This document shows positions 48,860 through 60,218 of a DNA stretch of 64,000 nt, piece after piece. Under the pieces are notes generated by a model, which ran no database searches, had not been told where the DNA came from, and saw only the letters and a list, made by a program, of their open reading frames with translations. The first letter of the stretch is position 1, and each line of letters starts with the position of its first letter. The translations under genes and the position numbers were made by a program. The DNA lies in NCBI GenBank assembly GCA_965612735.1, contig CBFDSV010000003.1:6113-70112 (forward strand), written 5' to 3'. The stretch is from an uncultured bacterium (lineage in GTDB: Bacteria; Hydrothermota; UBA3072; B12-G15).

Positions 48860-50308
48860 ATGGAAAAGGAACTTGACCAGGTAAGAATAAGGAAAGAAAA
48901 GGTGCAGAGATTGAGGGAGATGGGGATTGACCCATTCCCCTATATCTTTTTTAGAACCCATTTTTCTGAGGAGGTCAAAGAAAACTTTGATTCCCTTGAG
49001 GAGAAAGAGGTTGTTGTAGCGGGAAGGCTTGTTTCCAGAAGACTGCATGGCAAGGCAGGTTTTGTGCATATTGAGGATGACAGGGGTAGAATACAGATTT
49101 ACTTCAAGTACGACACCCTTCAGGATAGATACGCACTGGTAAAACTCCTTGACCTGGGAGATTTTATTGGTGTAAAGGGTAAAGTTTTCAGGACAAAGAC
49201 AGGTGAGGTCACTGTCTGGGCAGAGAATGTGGAACTCCTCTCAAAGGCACTCCATCCGCCACCAGAAAAGTATCATGGATTGAAGGATATTGAATTGAGG
49301 TACAGGAACAGACACCTTGACCTCATGGCGAACCCTGAGGTGAGGGATAGATTCAGGATGAGAACAAGGATAATTCAGGGTATCAGAGAATTCTTTGTTA
49401 AGGAAGGATTCCTTGAGGTTGAGACACCCGTTCTCCAGCCAAGGTATGGTGGGGCATTTGCAAGGCCATTCATAACCCATTACAATGCACTTGACAGGGA
49501 TTACTTTCTGAGGATAGCCAATGAGATTTACTTAAAGAGATTAATCATAGGTGGATTTGAGAAGGTTTTTGAGATGGGTAAGATGTTCAGAAACGAAGGG
49601 CTTGACAGATTCCATAATCCTGAATTCACGAACCTTGAGGCATACCAGGCTTATGCGGATTACAATGTGATGATGGAACTAGTGGAAAATCTATTTTTAT
49701 ACCTTTCAAAGGATGTCCTGAAAAAAGATAGTTTCACCTTCCAGGGTATGGAAATCGTGATAAAGGAAAAATGGGAAAGGATTACATACTTTGGTGCACT
49801 TGAGAAGTACACAGGTATTGACTTTTATCCACTTGACAAGGAAGAGACAAAGAGGAAGGCAGAGGAACTGGGTGTTGATACAGAGGGTAAGGTAACAAAG
49901 GGCAAGATACTGGATGCCATCTTTGATAAGTGTGTCCAGCCAGACCTTGTTCAACCTGTGTTTGTTATTGATTATCCTGTTGATATAACACCACTTGCAA
50001 AGAAGAAGAGGGGGGATGACAATCTTGTTGAGAGGTTTGAACCCTTCATGGCAATGACCGAGATAGGTAATGCTTACTCAGAACTGAACAATCCTGAGGA
50101 ACAGAAGGAGAGATTCCTCTTTCAGCAGTCGTTGAGGGAAAAGGGAGACATGGAGGCTACCCCCATAGATGAGGACTTTATTCAGGCAATGATGTATGGT
50201 ATGCCACCCACTGGTGGCCTTGGTCTTGGTGTTGATAGAGTAGTGATGCTTCTCCTTGATGTCCCCAGTATCAGGGATGCAATCCTCTTCCCCCAGTTAA
50301 GGGAATGA
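48860..50308 (+). CDS. lysS: Lysine--tRNA ligase (class II)
   Basis: OB-fold N-domain. Class II motifs (FRNEG; ...GGLGLGVDRVVMLL). Confidence 0.95.
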   Translation: MEKELDQVRIRKEKVQRLREMGIDPFPYIFFRTHFSEEVKENFDSLEEKEVVVAGRLVSRRLHGKAGFVHIEDDRGRIQIYFKYDTLQDRYALVKLLDLGDFIGVKGKVFRTKTGEVTVWAENVELLSKALHPPPEKYHGLKDIELRYRNRHLDLMANPEVRDRFRMRTRIIQGIREFFVKEGFLEVETPVLQPRYGGAFARPFITHYNALDRDYFLRIANEIYLKRLIIGGFEKVFEMGKMFRNEGLDRFHNPEFTNLEAYQAYADYNVMMELVENLFLYLSKDVLKKDSFTFQGMEIVIKEKWERITYFGALEKYTGIDFYPLDKEETKRKAEELGVDTEGKVTKGKILDAIFDKCVQPDLVQPVFVIDYPVDITPLAKKKRGDDNLVERFEPFMAMTEIGNAYSELNNPEEQKERFLFQQSLREKGDMEATPIDEDFIQAMMYGMPPTGGLGLGVDRVVMLLLDVPSIRDAILFPQLRE

Positions 50309-51519
50309 ATTTTATTTTTTTCATAGCAAAGAGATATATAAGGATAAAAAAGGGAGAATTTTTCCGTTCCCTGATAACCATTTTCTCTGTAACGGGAGTA
50401 GCCCTTGGTGTTGCCACACTCATCGTTGTCCTCTCTGTGATGAACGGTATGAGCAATGATTTAAGGGAAAAGATTCTGGGAACAAATGGTCACATCATGG
50501 TATCAAAATTCTACGGTGAGGAGATATACAATGTGAATGCTGTGATTGATAGTATAAAACATAATATACCTGAAGTGGTGGGAGCAACACCCTATATCTT
50601 CTCAAAGATTCTGATAAGGCATGGGAATTTCACAGATGGCGTGATTATAAGAGGGGTGGACACTCTCACAATGGACCAGGTGAGCAACCTTAGAAAGAAG
50701 GTTATCCTTGGAAGGTTTGATGTCTCTGATAATGGGGTTGTGCTGGGGAATTACCTTGCTGATGGTCTCAGGGCACATGTGGGTGATACTGTGGAGATTG
50801 CAGTCCCATTCGGTGGGATACCAACACCCTTTGGTATCCTTCCAAGGGCTGAAAGGTTTATTGTGAAGGGTATCTTTGATGTTGGTATGTATGAATTCAA
50901 TGCAACCCTTGCCCTTGTATCCATTGAGAAGGCAAAGGGACTCCTTGGAAGGAGTGGTGTAACAGGTATAGAACTATCCATAAAGGACATCTACAAGGCA
51001 CCTGAAGTTTCAAGAAAACTTGTCCTTCTGCTGGGTTATCCTTACAGGGTGAGGAACTGGATTGAGATGAACAGAAATCTATTTGCTGCCCTGAAACTTG
51101 AGAAGTTCGCCATGTTCATTATCCTTGCTTTAATTGTTGTTGTGGCTGCTTTCAACATAGCCAGCATCCTTATAATGATAGTGCTTGAGAAGACAAGGGA
51201 AATAGGAATACTAAGGGCAATGGGTGCAACGGGCAGGAAGATAATGAGGATTTTCATGATAGATGGACTCTTTGTTGGAGGTATAGGCACAACAACAGGG
51301 CTTATTATAGGGTATGTCCTTTGCTGGGCACTTGGAAAGTACAAGTTTATATCCCTTCCAGCAGACGTTTACTTCCTTGACAAACTCCCTGTAAAAATGC
51401 AACCCCTTGACTTTGTGATTGTAGGGGTTTCTGCAATCATAATATCCTTTCTTGCCACCATATACCCTGCATTGAGGGCATCAAAAATGGACCCTGTGGA
51501 GGCAATAAGGAATGAGTGA
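50305..51519 (+). CDS. FtsX-like ABC transporter permease of the LolC/LolE type
   Basis: MacB/Lol topology: N-terminal TM, large periplasmic domain, three C-terminal TM helices. Confidence 0.75.
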   Translation: MNFIFFIAKRYIRIKKGEFFRSLITIFSVTGVALGVATLIVVLSVMNGMSNDLREKILGTNGHIMVSKFYGEEIYNVNAVIDSIKHNIPEVVGATPYIFSKILIRHGNFTDGVIIRGVDTLTMDQVSNLRKKVILGRFDVSDNGVVLGNYLADGLRAHVGDTVEIAVPFGGIPTPFGILPRAERFIVKGIFDVGMYEFNATLALVSIEKAKGLLGRSGVTGIELSIKDIYKAPEVSRKLVLLLGYPYRVRNWIEMNRNLFAALKLEKFAMFIILALIVVVAAFNIASILIMIVLEKTREIGILRAMGATGRKIMRIFMIDGLFVGGIGTTTGLIIGYVLCWALGKYKFISLPADVYFLDKLPVKMQPLDFVIVGVSAIIISFLATIYPALRASKMDPVEAIRNE

Positions 51520-52180
51520 AATTTTAAGACTTGTGGATGTGAAAAAGAGTTTCATAACGGATGTGGAGAGAATAGATGTGCTTAAAGGTATAGACCTTAC
51601 AATAAAAAGAGGGAAAAGAATATCAATAACAGGTCCGTCTGGTTCTGGAAAATCAACACTTCTGCATATAATGGGAGGGCTTGAGCATCCAAGTTCAGGC
51701 GATGTAATCTTTCAGGGTTCACCCCTTTACCAGAGGAGTGAAGAAGATATTTCATATATAAGGAATAGGTCATTTGGTTTTGTGTTCCAGTTCCACCATC
51801 TTTTACAGGATTTTACCGCCCTTGAAAATGTAATGATACCAGCACTTATTGCGGGTGAGGGATTGAAAACAGCAGAAGAAAAGGCAAAAGGCCTGCTGGA
51901 GAGGTTTGGGCTTGGTGGTAGATTGAATCACAAACCAGCAAAACTTTCAGGGGGAGAGAGGCAGAGGGTGGCAATAGCAAGGGCACTGATAAATTCGCCT
52001 GATGTTCTTTTCCTTGACGAACCCACAGGTAACCTTGACCCAGAACATTCTCAGGAGGTTCTTGATGTTATCAGAGCCCTGGAGGATGTGAGCATTGTTA
52101 TTGTGACACATGATACTGGGGTTGCCAAATTATGTGAAAACAGGTATAATTTAAAAAACGGAATACTGGAGGAAGTATGA
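51512..52180 (+). CDS. lolD: ABC transporter ATP-binding protein, LolD-like
   Basis: Walker A GPSGSGKST. Signature LSGGERQRVAIARAL. Walker B LFLDEPTGNLD. Confidence 0.8.
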   Translation: MSEILRLVDVKKSFITDVERIDVLKGIDLTIKRGKRISITGPSGSGKSTLLHIMGGLEHPSSGDVIFQGSPLYQRSEEDISYIRNRSFGFVFQFHHLLQDFTALENVMIPALIAGEGLKTAEEKAKGLLERFGLGGRLNHKPAKLSGGERQRVAIARALINSPDVLFLDEPTGNLDPEHSQEVLDVIRALEDVSIVIVTHDTGVAKLCENRYNLKNGILEEV

Positions 52181-52653
52181 AATGCGATAGATGTGGTAAA
52201 AGGGAAGCAGAGTTCAATTACATAGAGATAGAGAGGGATGGTACAAGGAAGGAACATCACCTGTGCAGGAGATGTGCCATAGAAACTGGTATCCTCAAGG
52301 ACCTATCCCATGACAGTCATGAGGGTAAAGAGGCACTCACTGTGTCCAACTGCCCTTCTTGTGGCATGAGTTTTGAGGATTTCAAGAGAGAGGAACTCTT
52401 TGGGTGCGCTGATTGTTATGATGCATTCAGACCAGCACTTTATGCCTACTTCAGGAAAATTCAGGGGAGTGAGAGATACAGGGGGAAGATACTTGCCCAG
52501 AATGAAAAGGTCCTTGCAATAAAGAAGAATTTAAGACTTTTGCGGAAGAAACTTGAAAAGTTTGTTGAAGAGGAGAAGTATGAGGAGGCAATCAAGATAA
52601 GGGATGAGATTGAAAGATATGAAGCGGAGCTCAAAAGTTATGAACAGGGATGA
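52177..52653 (+). CDS. mcsA: McsA-like protein-arginine-kinase activator (Zn-finger and UVR domains)
   Basis: CDRCGK...CRRC and CPSCG...CADCY zinc fingers. UVR motif EEKYEEAIKIRDEIERYEAEL. Confidence 0.75.
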   Translation: MKCDRCGKREAEFNYIEIERDGTRKEHHLCRRCAIETGILKDLSHDSHEGKEALTVSNCPSCGMSFEDFKREELFGCADCYDAFRPALYAYFRKIQGSERYRGKILAQNEKVLAIKKNLRLLRKKLEKFVEEEKYEEAIKIRDEIERYEAELKSYEQG

Positions 52654-53680
52654 TATGATTGAACTGATTCCTTCATTTTTGCAGAAACCCGGTAAGTACA
52701 GTGATATTGTCCTCTTCACAAAGGTTCAGTTGAGAAGGAATGTGAGGGAGTTTCTCTTCATACCAAAGGCTGATGATGATGAGAGAAAGGAGATACTCTC
52801 TTCAATCAGGGCAATGTATTCAGATATAAAGGGTTTTGAATACTCAGGCCTACAGAACATGGATGCTGGAGTGAGGATACTCCTCAGGGAGAAATTCATC
52901 CTTCCATCAAGTGCCACCAATGACCCATTTTTCAAGGGAATGTTTTATACAGAAGGGCTTGATAGGGTGATTATCATAGGTGACCAGGACCATGTGAAAC
53001 TGATAGGTTTCATGCAGGGGCTTGCACCATCAGAGGCTTACACATCCATTGAGGAACTTGACATTATGCTCTCAAAGGAGATGGGGGTTGCATTTGATAA
53101 GGATTTCGGCTACCTCACTGCTTCCCCTCACTTTACAGGCACTGGGCTGACAATATCTGCCTATGTGCACCTTCCTGGTCTTGTGGTAACAGACAGGATT
53201 CGTGAGGTAAAGGATAGAACACTGAGGAGCAACGCAGGGATAAGGCCTGTTTATGAAACAGGAGGAAAGGTTCCTGGTGCACTCTTCATTATAGAGAACA
53301 CAAAAACAATGAACCGTTCTGAGGAGGAACTGATTGATGAAATGAATACACTTGTTCAGGATGTGGTAAAACTTGAGTATGAAGCAAGGTCTTTTCTTAT
53401 GGAAAAGGCAAGGATTGAGATAGAGGACAGAATCTGGAGGGCATACGGTGTGCTCAGGTATGCAATGTGTCTTGATGTGGAGGAGTTTTTGAACCTGATA
53501 TCAGCAATCAGGATGGGAGCAGGATATGGAATACTCAAAGGTATGGATACAGGGGACCTGAACAGGTTACACATTGTTTGCCAGCCTGAGCACATCAGGA
53601 CGTTGATTGATTTGACCTCTGAAGAAACCGATGAGTGTACAAAGAGGGCAGAACTTGTTCATTCCGCCCTGGGAGGTTGA
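52640..53680 (+). CDS. mcsB: Protein arginine kinase McsB (ATP:guanido phosphotransferase family)
   Basis: Phosphagen-kinase C-domain pattern (GTGLTISAYVHLPGL). Confidence 0.8.
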   Translation: MNRDDMIELIPSFLQKPGKYSDIVLFTKVQLRRNVREFLFIPKADDDERKEILSSIRAMYSDIKGFEYSGLQNMDAGVRILLREKFILPSSATNDPFFKGMFYTEGLDRVIIIGDQDHVKLIGFMQGLAPSEAYTSIEELDIMLSKEMGVAFDKDFGYLTASPHFTGTGLTISAYVHLPGLVVTDRIREVKDRTLRSNAGIRPVYETGGKVPGALFIIENTKTMNRSEEELIDEMNTLVQDVVKLEYEARSFLMEKARIEIEDRIWRAYGVLRYAMCLDVEEFLNLISAIRMGAGYGILKGMDTGDLNRLHIVCQPEHIRTLIDLTSEETDECTKRAELVHSALGG

Positions 53681-53682
53681 AA

Positions 53683-56115
53683 ATGTTTGAAAGAAAGGAA
53701 TACACCCCGCAACTGAATAAGATTATCATAATTGCAGAGAGAGAGGCAAGGGCAAGGAATATGGATATTATAACCTCAGAATTGCTCCTGCTTGCCATAA
53801 TCCAGGAGGGTCAAAACCTTGCACTCACAATACTTAAAGAAGCAGAGGTGGATATTCCCCAGTTGAGGAAGGTTCTTGAAGGATACATCATGAGGGATGA
53901 ACTTGTGATGGCAGGCTCATCCCTTGATCTTTCAATGGATGCAAGGGTTAGCCTTGAGAATGCAAGAAAAGAGGCAATTGGATTTGGGGACAACCAGATA
54001 GGTGCTGAACACCTTCTCCTTGGTATCATTGCAAATCAGGATACACGTGCCTCTGAGATACTCCTTGAGGAGTACGACCTTGACCTGATGAGGGCAAGGA
54101 ATATTCTTCTCAGCCTTGGAACAAAGGGAAGGAAGGTTAAGAAGGTAAGGCCTTCTGCATTGAATTTCTACACAAGAGACCTCACCCAGCTGGCAGAAGA
54201 GGGTAAACTTGACCCTATAATTGGAAGGGAAAAGGAGATTGAGAGGGTTATACAGATACTCTCAAGGAGGAAGAAGAATAATCCAGTTCTCATTGGAGAA
54301 CCGGGGGTTGGTAAGACTGCCATTGTTGAAGGGCTTGCCCAGAAGATAGCAAGAAAGGATGTTCCTGACCCGCTGCTGAACAAAAGGGTGTTGAGCCTTG
54401 ACCTTGCAGCAGTGATTGCAGGAACAAAATACAGGGGTCAGTTTGAGGAGAGGCTGAAGGCTATCCTCTCAGAGATACAGGAATCAAAAAACATAATAAT
54501 GTTCATAGACGAACTCCATACAATTGTTGGGGCTGGTGCTGCTGAAGGGGCAATTGATGCCTCAAACATACTGAAACCAGCACTTGCAAGGGGTGAGATT
54601 CAATGTATTGGTGCAACAACCATGGAGGAGTACAGAAAATACATTGAAAAGGACGGGGCACTTGAGAGAAGATTCCAGATAATCATTGTCGACCCACCAT
54701 CTGTTGAAGAAACCATTGACATACTGAAGGGCCTGAAACCTGCATATGAGGCACACCACAGGGTGAGATATACAGATGCTGCAATAGAGGCTGCTGCAAA
54801 ACTTTCAGATAGATACATAAATGACAGATTCCTGCCGGATAAGGCAATTGATGTGATTGATGAAGCAGGTGCAAGGGTTAAACTCCAGAATTCAAGGATT
54901 CCTGAAGAGATACTTGAACTGGAGGATGAACTCAAGAAGATTAAAGAGGAACTTGAAGCAGCAAGGACAAGGGGTGATTTTGAAAAGGCAATAACATTGA
55001 GGGATAGGAAAGAAAAGCTGGATGAGGAACTAACAGAACACCTTGAGGAGTGGAAATCAAGCAGGACAGGTATTGTTGGTGAGGTGACAGAGGAGGATGT
55101 CAGGCATGTGATATCCATGTGGACAGGTATTCCCCTTGTGAAACTTGAGGAGAAGGAAACAGAAAAACTGCTGAGGATGGAGGAAGAATTAAAGAAGAGG
55201 ATTGTGGGTCAGGACGAGGCAATAGAGGTTATCTCCAGGGCAATAAGAAGGGGCAGGACAGGGCTTAAGGACCCGAGAAAGCCCATTGGTTCCTTCCTGT
55301 TCCTCGGACCAACAGGTGTTGGTAAGACAGAACTTGCAAGGCAACTTGCACTATTCCTATTCAACAGTGAGAACTCACTTATAAGGCTTGATATGAGTGA
55401 ATACATGGAGAAGTTCAATGTTTCAAAACTCATAGGTGCACCCCCTGGTTATGTTGGGTATGATGAAGGTGGACAACTCACAGAAAAAGTGAGGAGAAGG
55501 CCTTACAGCGTTGTGCTCCTTGATGAGATTGAGAAGGCGCATCCTGAGGTTTTCAACCTGCTTCTCCAGATACTTGATGATGGAAGCCTCACTGATGCAT
55601 ATGGAAGGAGGGTGAGTTTCAAGAACTGTGTTATTATTATGACTTCAAATATTGGAACACGGGAACTCATGAAGGGAACAGCAATGGGATTCAGGAAAGA
55701 GGACAGGGAGATTACATACCAGCAGATGAAGGAGTATCTCCTTGAAGAGGTGAAAAGGGTGTTCAATCCTGAATTTGTAAACAGGCTTGATGAGGTTGTT
55801 GTATTCAGGCAACTCGGGAAAGAGACAATGAAGAGGATAGTGGAGATTCTGTTTGAGGATATAAGGGAGAGGGTGAAGGAGAAGGGATTTGAGATTTCAC
55901 TCACAGATGAGGCAAAGGAATTTATTATTGAGAAGGGGTTTGACCCTGAATATGGAGCAAGACCACTGCACAGGACATTCCAGAGATACCTTGAGGACCC
56001 ACTTGCAGAAGAGATCCTCAAGGGCAAGTGGAAGTCTGGTATGAAGATTGTTGTTTCAAGAGAGGATGATAAATTGATATTCCTCTCCTCTGAGCCTATC
56101 TCCGTTGAGGTATGA
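53683..56115 (+). CDS. clpC: ATP-dependent Clp protease ATP-binding subunit ClpC
   Basis: Two Clp_N repeats, two AAA+ modules ([10 protein letters not shown]; [12 protein letters not shown]) and a UVR-like linker. RBS GGGAGG precedes the ATG at 53683. Confidence 0.9.
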   Translation: MFERKEYTPQLNKIIIIAEREARARNMDIITSELLLLAIIQEGQNLALTILKEAEVDIPQLRKVLEGYIMRDELVMAGSSLDLSMDARVSLENARKEAIGFGDNQIGAEHLLLGIIANQDTRASEILLEEYDLDLMRARNILLSLGTKGRKVKKVRPSALNFYTRDLTQLAEEGKLDPIIGREKEIERVIQILSRRKKNNPVLIGEPGVGKTAIVEGLAQKIARKDVPDPLLNKRVLSLDLAAVIAGTKYRGQFEERLKAILSEIQESKNIIMFIDELHTIVGAGAAEGAIDASNILKPALARGEIQCIGATTMEEYRKYIEKDGALERRFQIIIVDPPSVEETIDILKGLKPAYEAHHRVRYTDAAIEAAAKLSDRYINDRFLPDKAIDVIDEAGARVKLQNSRIPEEILELEDELKKIKEELEAARTRGDFEKAITLRDRKEKLDEELTEHLEEWKSSRTGIVGEVTEEDVRHVISMWTGIPLVKLEEKETEKLLRMEEELKKRIVGQDEAIEVISRAIRRGRTGLKDPRKPIGSFLFLGPTGVGKTELARQLALFLFNSENSLIRLDMSEYMEKFNVSKLIGAPPGYVGYDEGGQLTEKVRRRPYSVVLLDEIEKAHPEVFNLLLQILDDGSLTDAYGRRVSFKNCVIIMTSNIGTRELMKGTAMGFRKEDREITYQQMKEYLLEEVKRVFNPEFVNRLDEVVVFRQLGKETMKRIVEILFEDIRERVKEKGFEISLTDEAKEFIIEKGFDPEYGARPLHRTFQRYLEDPLAEEILKGKWKSGMKIVVSREDDKLIFLSSEPISVEV

Positions 56116-57719
56116 CAAAGATAGGCATTGTTCTCCATTCACACATACCCTATGTAATGGGGCATGGTGTGTGGCCTCATGGTGCAAATTATCTTATGGA
56201 GGCTGTTTCAGAATCATACCTGCCTCTACTTGAGGTCCTTGAATCAATTGATGGAGAGAATCTTCTAACCTTTTCCATTACACCTGTCCTGCTTGAACAA
56301 CTGTTGCATCCGGAATTTGAAGCCACACTCAAATCCTACCTTGAAGAGAGGCTTGATGCTGCCATTGAGGATTATCACTATTTCAGGAGGATTGGGGATG
56401 AACAGGGGGAGGTGCTTTCAAAGTTCTGGATAGACTTTTATGAAAAACAACTTCTCTCAAATCTTGACATAGCAGGCAGGTTCAAAAAACTTTATCTACA
56501 TGGAAAGATTGAGATAATCACCTCTGCTGCAACACATGGCTACCTGCCATTGCTGGGATATGACAGGTGTGTGGATGCACAGATAAAGGTGGGAATTAAG
56601 GCATTTGAGAGGTTCTTTGGTAAAAGAGCTGATGGGATATGGCTACCAGAATGTGCATACAGACCATCCTATGAGTGGGTTAATCCAGTAACAGGTGAGA
56701 AATCAAAGAGAGAGGGAATAGAGTATTTCCTGGCAAAGTACGGTATAAAGTACTTCATTGTTGATTCTCACCTTATTGAGGGGGGTGAAGCAGTTGGTGT
56801 TTATATTGAAAGATTCAATGCACTCAGGCTGCTGTATGAAAGGATGAAGGGTGAGAAAAGGGTGGAGAGGAAGGCCCTTTCTGTTTATACGCCCTACCTT
56901 GTGACCACGCATCCCTCACCTGTTGCTGTTTTTGGCAGGGATAAAAGAACAGGGCTACAGGTGTGGAGTGGTGAGCATGGTTATCCAGGTGATGAGTGGT
57001 ACCTTGAATTCCATAAAAAGAGATTCCCCTCTGGTCATAGATACTGGAGGGTTACACACCCAAAGTGTGACCTGGCTGATAAGAAGATATATGAAAGGAA
57101 AAGGGCGCTTGAAAGGATTAAATCCCATGCCTATCACTTCAGGACACTTGTTGAGGAGATAGCAGGCAGAATAGATGATGGGTTTATACTTGCACCATAT
57201 GATACAGAACTCTTCGGACACTGGTGGTTTGAAGGTCCCCTGTTCATTGGTGAGGTGATAGAGCAATTCAAGGGTTCTGATGTTTCTGTTGACACACCTG
57301 GGAATTATCTGAAGGAACGCATGCCTGAGGAGATTATAAACCTTCCTGAAGGATCATGGGGGAAGGGTGGTTTTCACTGGATATGGTTCAATGAATGGAC
57401 AGAGTGGTGCTGGGATAAAATCTATACATGTGAGAGGATTATGATTGATGTTGCAAATAGTAAAGGGGATGAAAGGATAAAGTCTTTGATGGCAAGGGAA
57501 CTTTTGCTCCTCGAATCATCTGACTGGGAGTTTTTAATAAGCACAATAAGTGCAAAGGACTATGCTGAAAACAGGATAATCCAGCATTATGAGGATTTTA
57601 TGAAGCTTTACGAACTCCTGAAAAAGAAGGAATTGACAGAGCAGGATATAAAATACCTTAATTTTATTGATGAAAGGGACAGGGTATTCACATTTGTGAA
57701 GGCCGATTACTATGTATAG
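56112..57719 (+). CDS. Glycoside hydrolase family 57 protein (archaeal-type alpha-glucan branching enzyme / amylase-like)
   Basis: GH57 N-terminal signature (IVLHSHIPYV), ECAY and DTELFGHWWFEG motifs. Confidence 0.8.
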   Translation: MTKIGIVLHSHIPYVMGHGVWPHGANYLMEAVSESYLPLLEVLESIDGENLLTFSITPVLLEQLLHPEFEATLKSYLEERLDAAIEDYHYFRRIGDEQGEVLSKFWIDFYEKQLLSNLDIAGRFKKLYLHGKIEIITSAATHGYLPLLGYDRCVDAQIKVGIKAFERFFGKRADGIWLPECAYRPSYEWVNPVTGEKSKREGIEYFLAKYGIKYFIVDSHLIEGGEAVGVYIERFNALRLLYERMKGEKRVERKALSVYTPYLVTTHPSPVAVFGRDKRTGLQVWSGEHGYPGDEWYLEFHKKRFPSGHRYWRVTHPKCDLADKKIYERKRALERIKSHAYHFRTLVEEIAGRIDDGFILAPYDTELFGHWWFEGPLFIGEVIEQFKGSDVSVDTPGNYLKERMPEEIINLPEGSWGKGGFHWIWFNEWTEWCWDKIYTCERIMIDVANSKGDERIKSLMARELLLLESSDWEFLISTISAKDYAENRIIQHYEDFMKLYELLKKKELTEQDIKYLNFIDERDRVFTFVKADYYV

Positions 57720-59835
57720 CCTGTATTTTCTCCCTGTTTTTGTACTGATTCCCCATAAGCCCGAAAAAATCAACCTCTCTAAATATTTTACATCACCTGT
57801 TGATAGTATCCAGATTTTATCAACAGATGGGGTGGACATGTATCCTATTATTGAGGGTAAGATAATGGTTCAACTTAAAGGAAATGTGGGGAGCGCAAGA
57901 ATAAATGTCTTTTCTGGAGGGGATTCATTTGTGAAGGATATGCTCTTTGTCAGGTCAAGAAGTAGAAAGATAAAATTCATTTACAGGGGGAGTGGAAGGA
58001 ATGTTTATCTTGCCGGGAGTTTTAATGGATGGAACAGTAATGCTCTCCCCATGATAAAAACAGATTCTGGATTTGTTGCAGAGATTCAGTTGAGTCCGGG
58101 CAGGTATGCGTACAAGTTTGTTGTTGATGGGAAATGGATTCAGGATACGAACAACCCCCTTTCTGAGGATGATGGATACGGTGGAAGGAATTCTATTCTG
58201 ATTGTGAAAGGAGGACATGAATTTATTGATGATATTTCACCCTCCCATTACAGGTTTCCTTTCACCTTGAGCAGGGTTTACATCCTTAATGGTGATAGAC
58301 TTCTTGATGAGGAAAACTATTCAATAAAAGGAAGGGATGTTTTCTTAAAAAATTTAAAAACAGATGTAATAAGGATTGTTGGCATTGGAAGGAAGGGTGA
58401 GATTTCAGGTCCATTTACCTTCAATATAAAACCCGAACCACCCATTGGTGGAATAATGTATTTCCTCTTTGTTGATAGATTCTTTGAGGGTGATGGCAGG
58501 AATATGAGGAAGATAAAAGACCCTGAAGTTCCAGATATTGCAAATTTTATGGGTGGTGATTTGAAGGGTGTTATATTGAAACTTAAGGATGGATATTTTG
58601 ATTCACTTGGTATAAGTGTTCTCTGGATTTCACCTGTATTCCTCTGTCCTGAAGGTGCATACAGGGATGCACTACCTCCCCATAGAAAATTCACAGGTTA
58701 TCATGGCTACTGGCCTGTTGACCTTTACAGGATAGACCCCTCCTTCGGGGATATGGATGACCTTAAAGAACTTGTTCAGGAGTGCCACAAAAGGGGCATA
58801 AAGGTCTTCCTTGATATGGTCTTAAACCATGTGCATGAGAGTTCACGGGTTTACAAAAAACACAGGGACTGGTTTACCTCAATCTATCTCCCTGATGGAC
58901 AAAAGAACATAAGGCTTTTTGATGAGCATCCCTTCACAACATGGTTTGATGAGTTTCTCCCCTCTTTTGATTTCTCAAAGGACAGTGTGGTTGAATATCT
59001 TTCCTCTGCTGCTAAGTTCTGGATTAAGGAAGTGGGTATAGATGGATTCAGGCTTGATGCAGTGAAGCATATTCCCCATGAATTCTGGAGGGTATTAAGG
59101 AGAAGGATGGAGGTAGAAAGACATGTCTGGATGATAGGTGAGACAATATCATCAAGGGAGAAGATAAATGAATGGATATCTCCTTCAGAACTTGATGGTC
59201 AGTTTGACTTTCCTCTTTTCTGGGTGTTGAGGGATGCACTTGCTGGAAGGACTGGCATGGACAGGCTCATGCAGGAGATCGTTCGTTCACAGGATGCCTT
59301 TTCAGATGGGCTCTGGGTCCCATTTATGGACAACCATGACTTCGGAAGGCTTGTCTCCTTTATAAATGGTGACCTTCTGGGGAATGAAAAGGAACTTGCC
59401 TTTGTATCCCCTCCCGGAAAGCCTGAGAAAAAATCCTATCACCTTATGAAGATAGGGTTTGCCATCCTCTACTCCCTGCCAGGACTTCCAATGATTTACT
59501 ATGGTGATGAGATAGGGCTTCCAGGTGCTGGAGACCCTGATAACAGAAGGATGATGAGGTTTAAACATGATTCTGATGAGGAACTGCTTCTCAAAGAGGT
59601 GAAGAAACTCGCAGGTTTAAGAAGGAAGAGCAGGGCCTTAAGATTTGGAAGGGTGGTACCCATAAAGGCAGGGAATGAATACATGGTATATATGAAAAAG
59701 TACTTTTCCGAGAAGGTTGTGTGTGGGTTCAACAGGGGTGAGAAGGATATTGTTGTGGGATTCAAAGACCCATTCACGGGTAAACATATAAAATTAACCA
59801 TACCCGGTGAAGGGTATAGAATGGAGGAGATATGA
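57712..59835 (+). CDS. GH13 alpha-amylase-family enzyme with N-terminal CBM48/E-set glycogen-binding domain
   Basis: CBM48-like (VYLAGSFNGWN...YKFVVDGKW). GH13 regions (DMVLNHV; GFRLDAVKHI; GETI; MDNHD). Confidence 0.8.
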   Translation: MYSLYFLPVFVLIPHKPEKINLSKYFTSPVDSIQILSTDGVDMYPIIEGKIMVQLKGNVGSARINVFSGGDSFVKDMLFVRSRSRKIKFIYRGSGRNVYLAGSFNGWNSNALPMIKTDSGFVAEIQLSPGRYAYKFVVDGKWIQDTNNPLSEDDGYGGRNSILIVKGGHEFIDDISPSHYRFPFTLSRVYILNGDRLLDEENYSIKGRDVFLKNLKTDVIRIVGIGRKGEISGPFTFNIKPEPPIGGIMYFLFVDRFFEGDGRNMRKIKDPEVPDIANFMGGDLKGVILKLKDGYFDSLGISVLWISPVFLCPEGAYRDALPPHRKFTGYHGYWPVDLYRIDPSFGDMDDLKELVQECHKRGIKVFLDMVLNHVHESSRVYKKHRDWFTSIYLPDGQKNIRLFDEHPFTTWFDEFLPSFDFSKDSVVEYLSSAAKFWIKEVGIDGFRLDAVKHIPHEFWRVLRRRMEVERHVWMIGETISSREKINEWISPSELDGQFDFPLFWVLRDALAGRTGMDRLMQEIVRSQDAFSDGLWVPFMDNHDFGRLVSFINGDLLGNEKELAFVSPPGKPEKKSYHLMKIGFAILYSLPGLPMIYYGDEIGLPGAGDPDNRRMMRFKHDSDEELLLKEVKKLAGLRRKSRALRFGRVVPIKAGNEYMVYMKKYFSEKVVCGFNRGEKDIVVGFKDPFTGKHIKLTIPGEGYRMEEI

Positions 59836-60218
59836 TAAGGATTGCTTGTGCAACAGATGATGATGTACACTTTTACCATGGTCATTTTGGTGATGCACCG
59901 TACTACCTTATCTATGAGATGGAGGAGGACGGCAGGTACAGTGTGGCGGAGAGAATAGAGAATACAGCACCAGAGGAAAGGATGCACGGAGACCCTGAGA
60001 AGGCAAAGGGAATAATGGAGATTATGAAAAAGGAATTTGTGGATGTCCTGATAAATATCCAGTTTGGTCCAAACATAAAGAGAATAAGGAAGAACTTTGT
60101 ACCTGTTCTCTCCAATATTAAGGAGATTGAGCCAGCATTAAATCATCTGGCAAACCGCATGGGAGAAATCAAGGAAGAGTTAAAAAACCAGGAAAAAAAG
60201 ATTATTATTCTTCCTTAG
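59832..60218 (+). CDS. NifX/NifB-family domain protein (third copy in window)
   Basis: MIRIACATDDD...HFGDAPYYLIYEMEEDG...INIQFGPN fits the PF02579-like pattern. Confidence 0.55.
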   Translation: MIRIACATDDDVHFYHGHFGDAPYYLIYEMEEDGRYSVAERIENTAPEERMHGDPEKAKGIMEIMKKEFVDVLINIQFGPNIKRIRKNFVPVLSNIKEIEPALNHLANRMGEIKEELKNQEKKIIILP

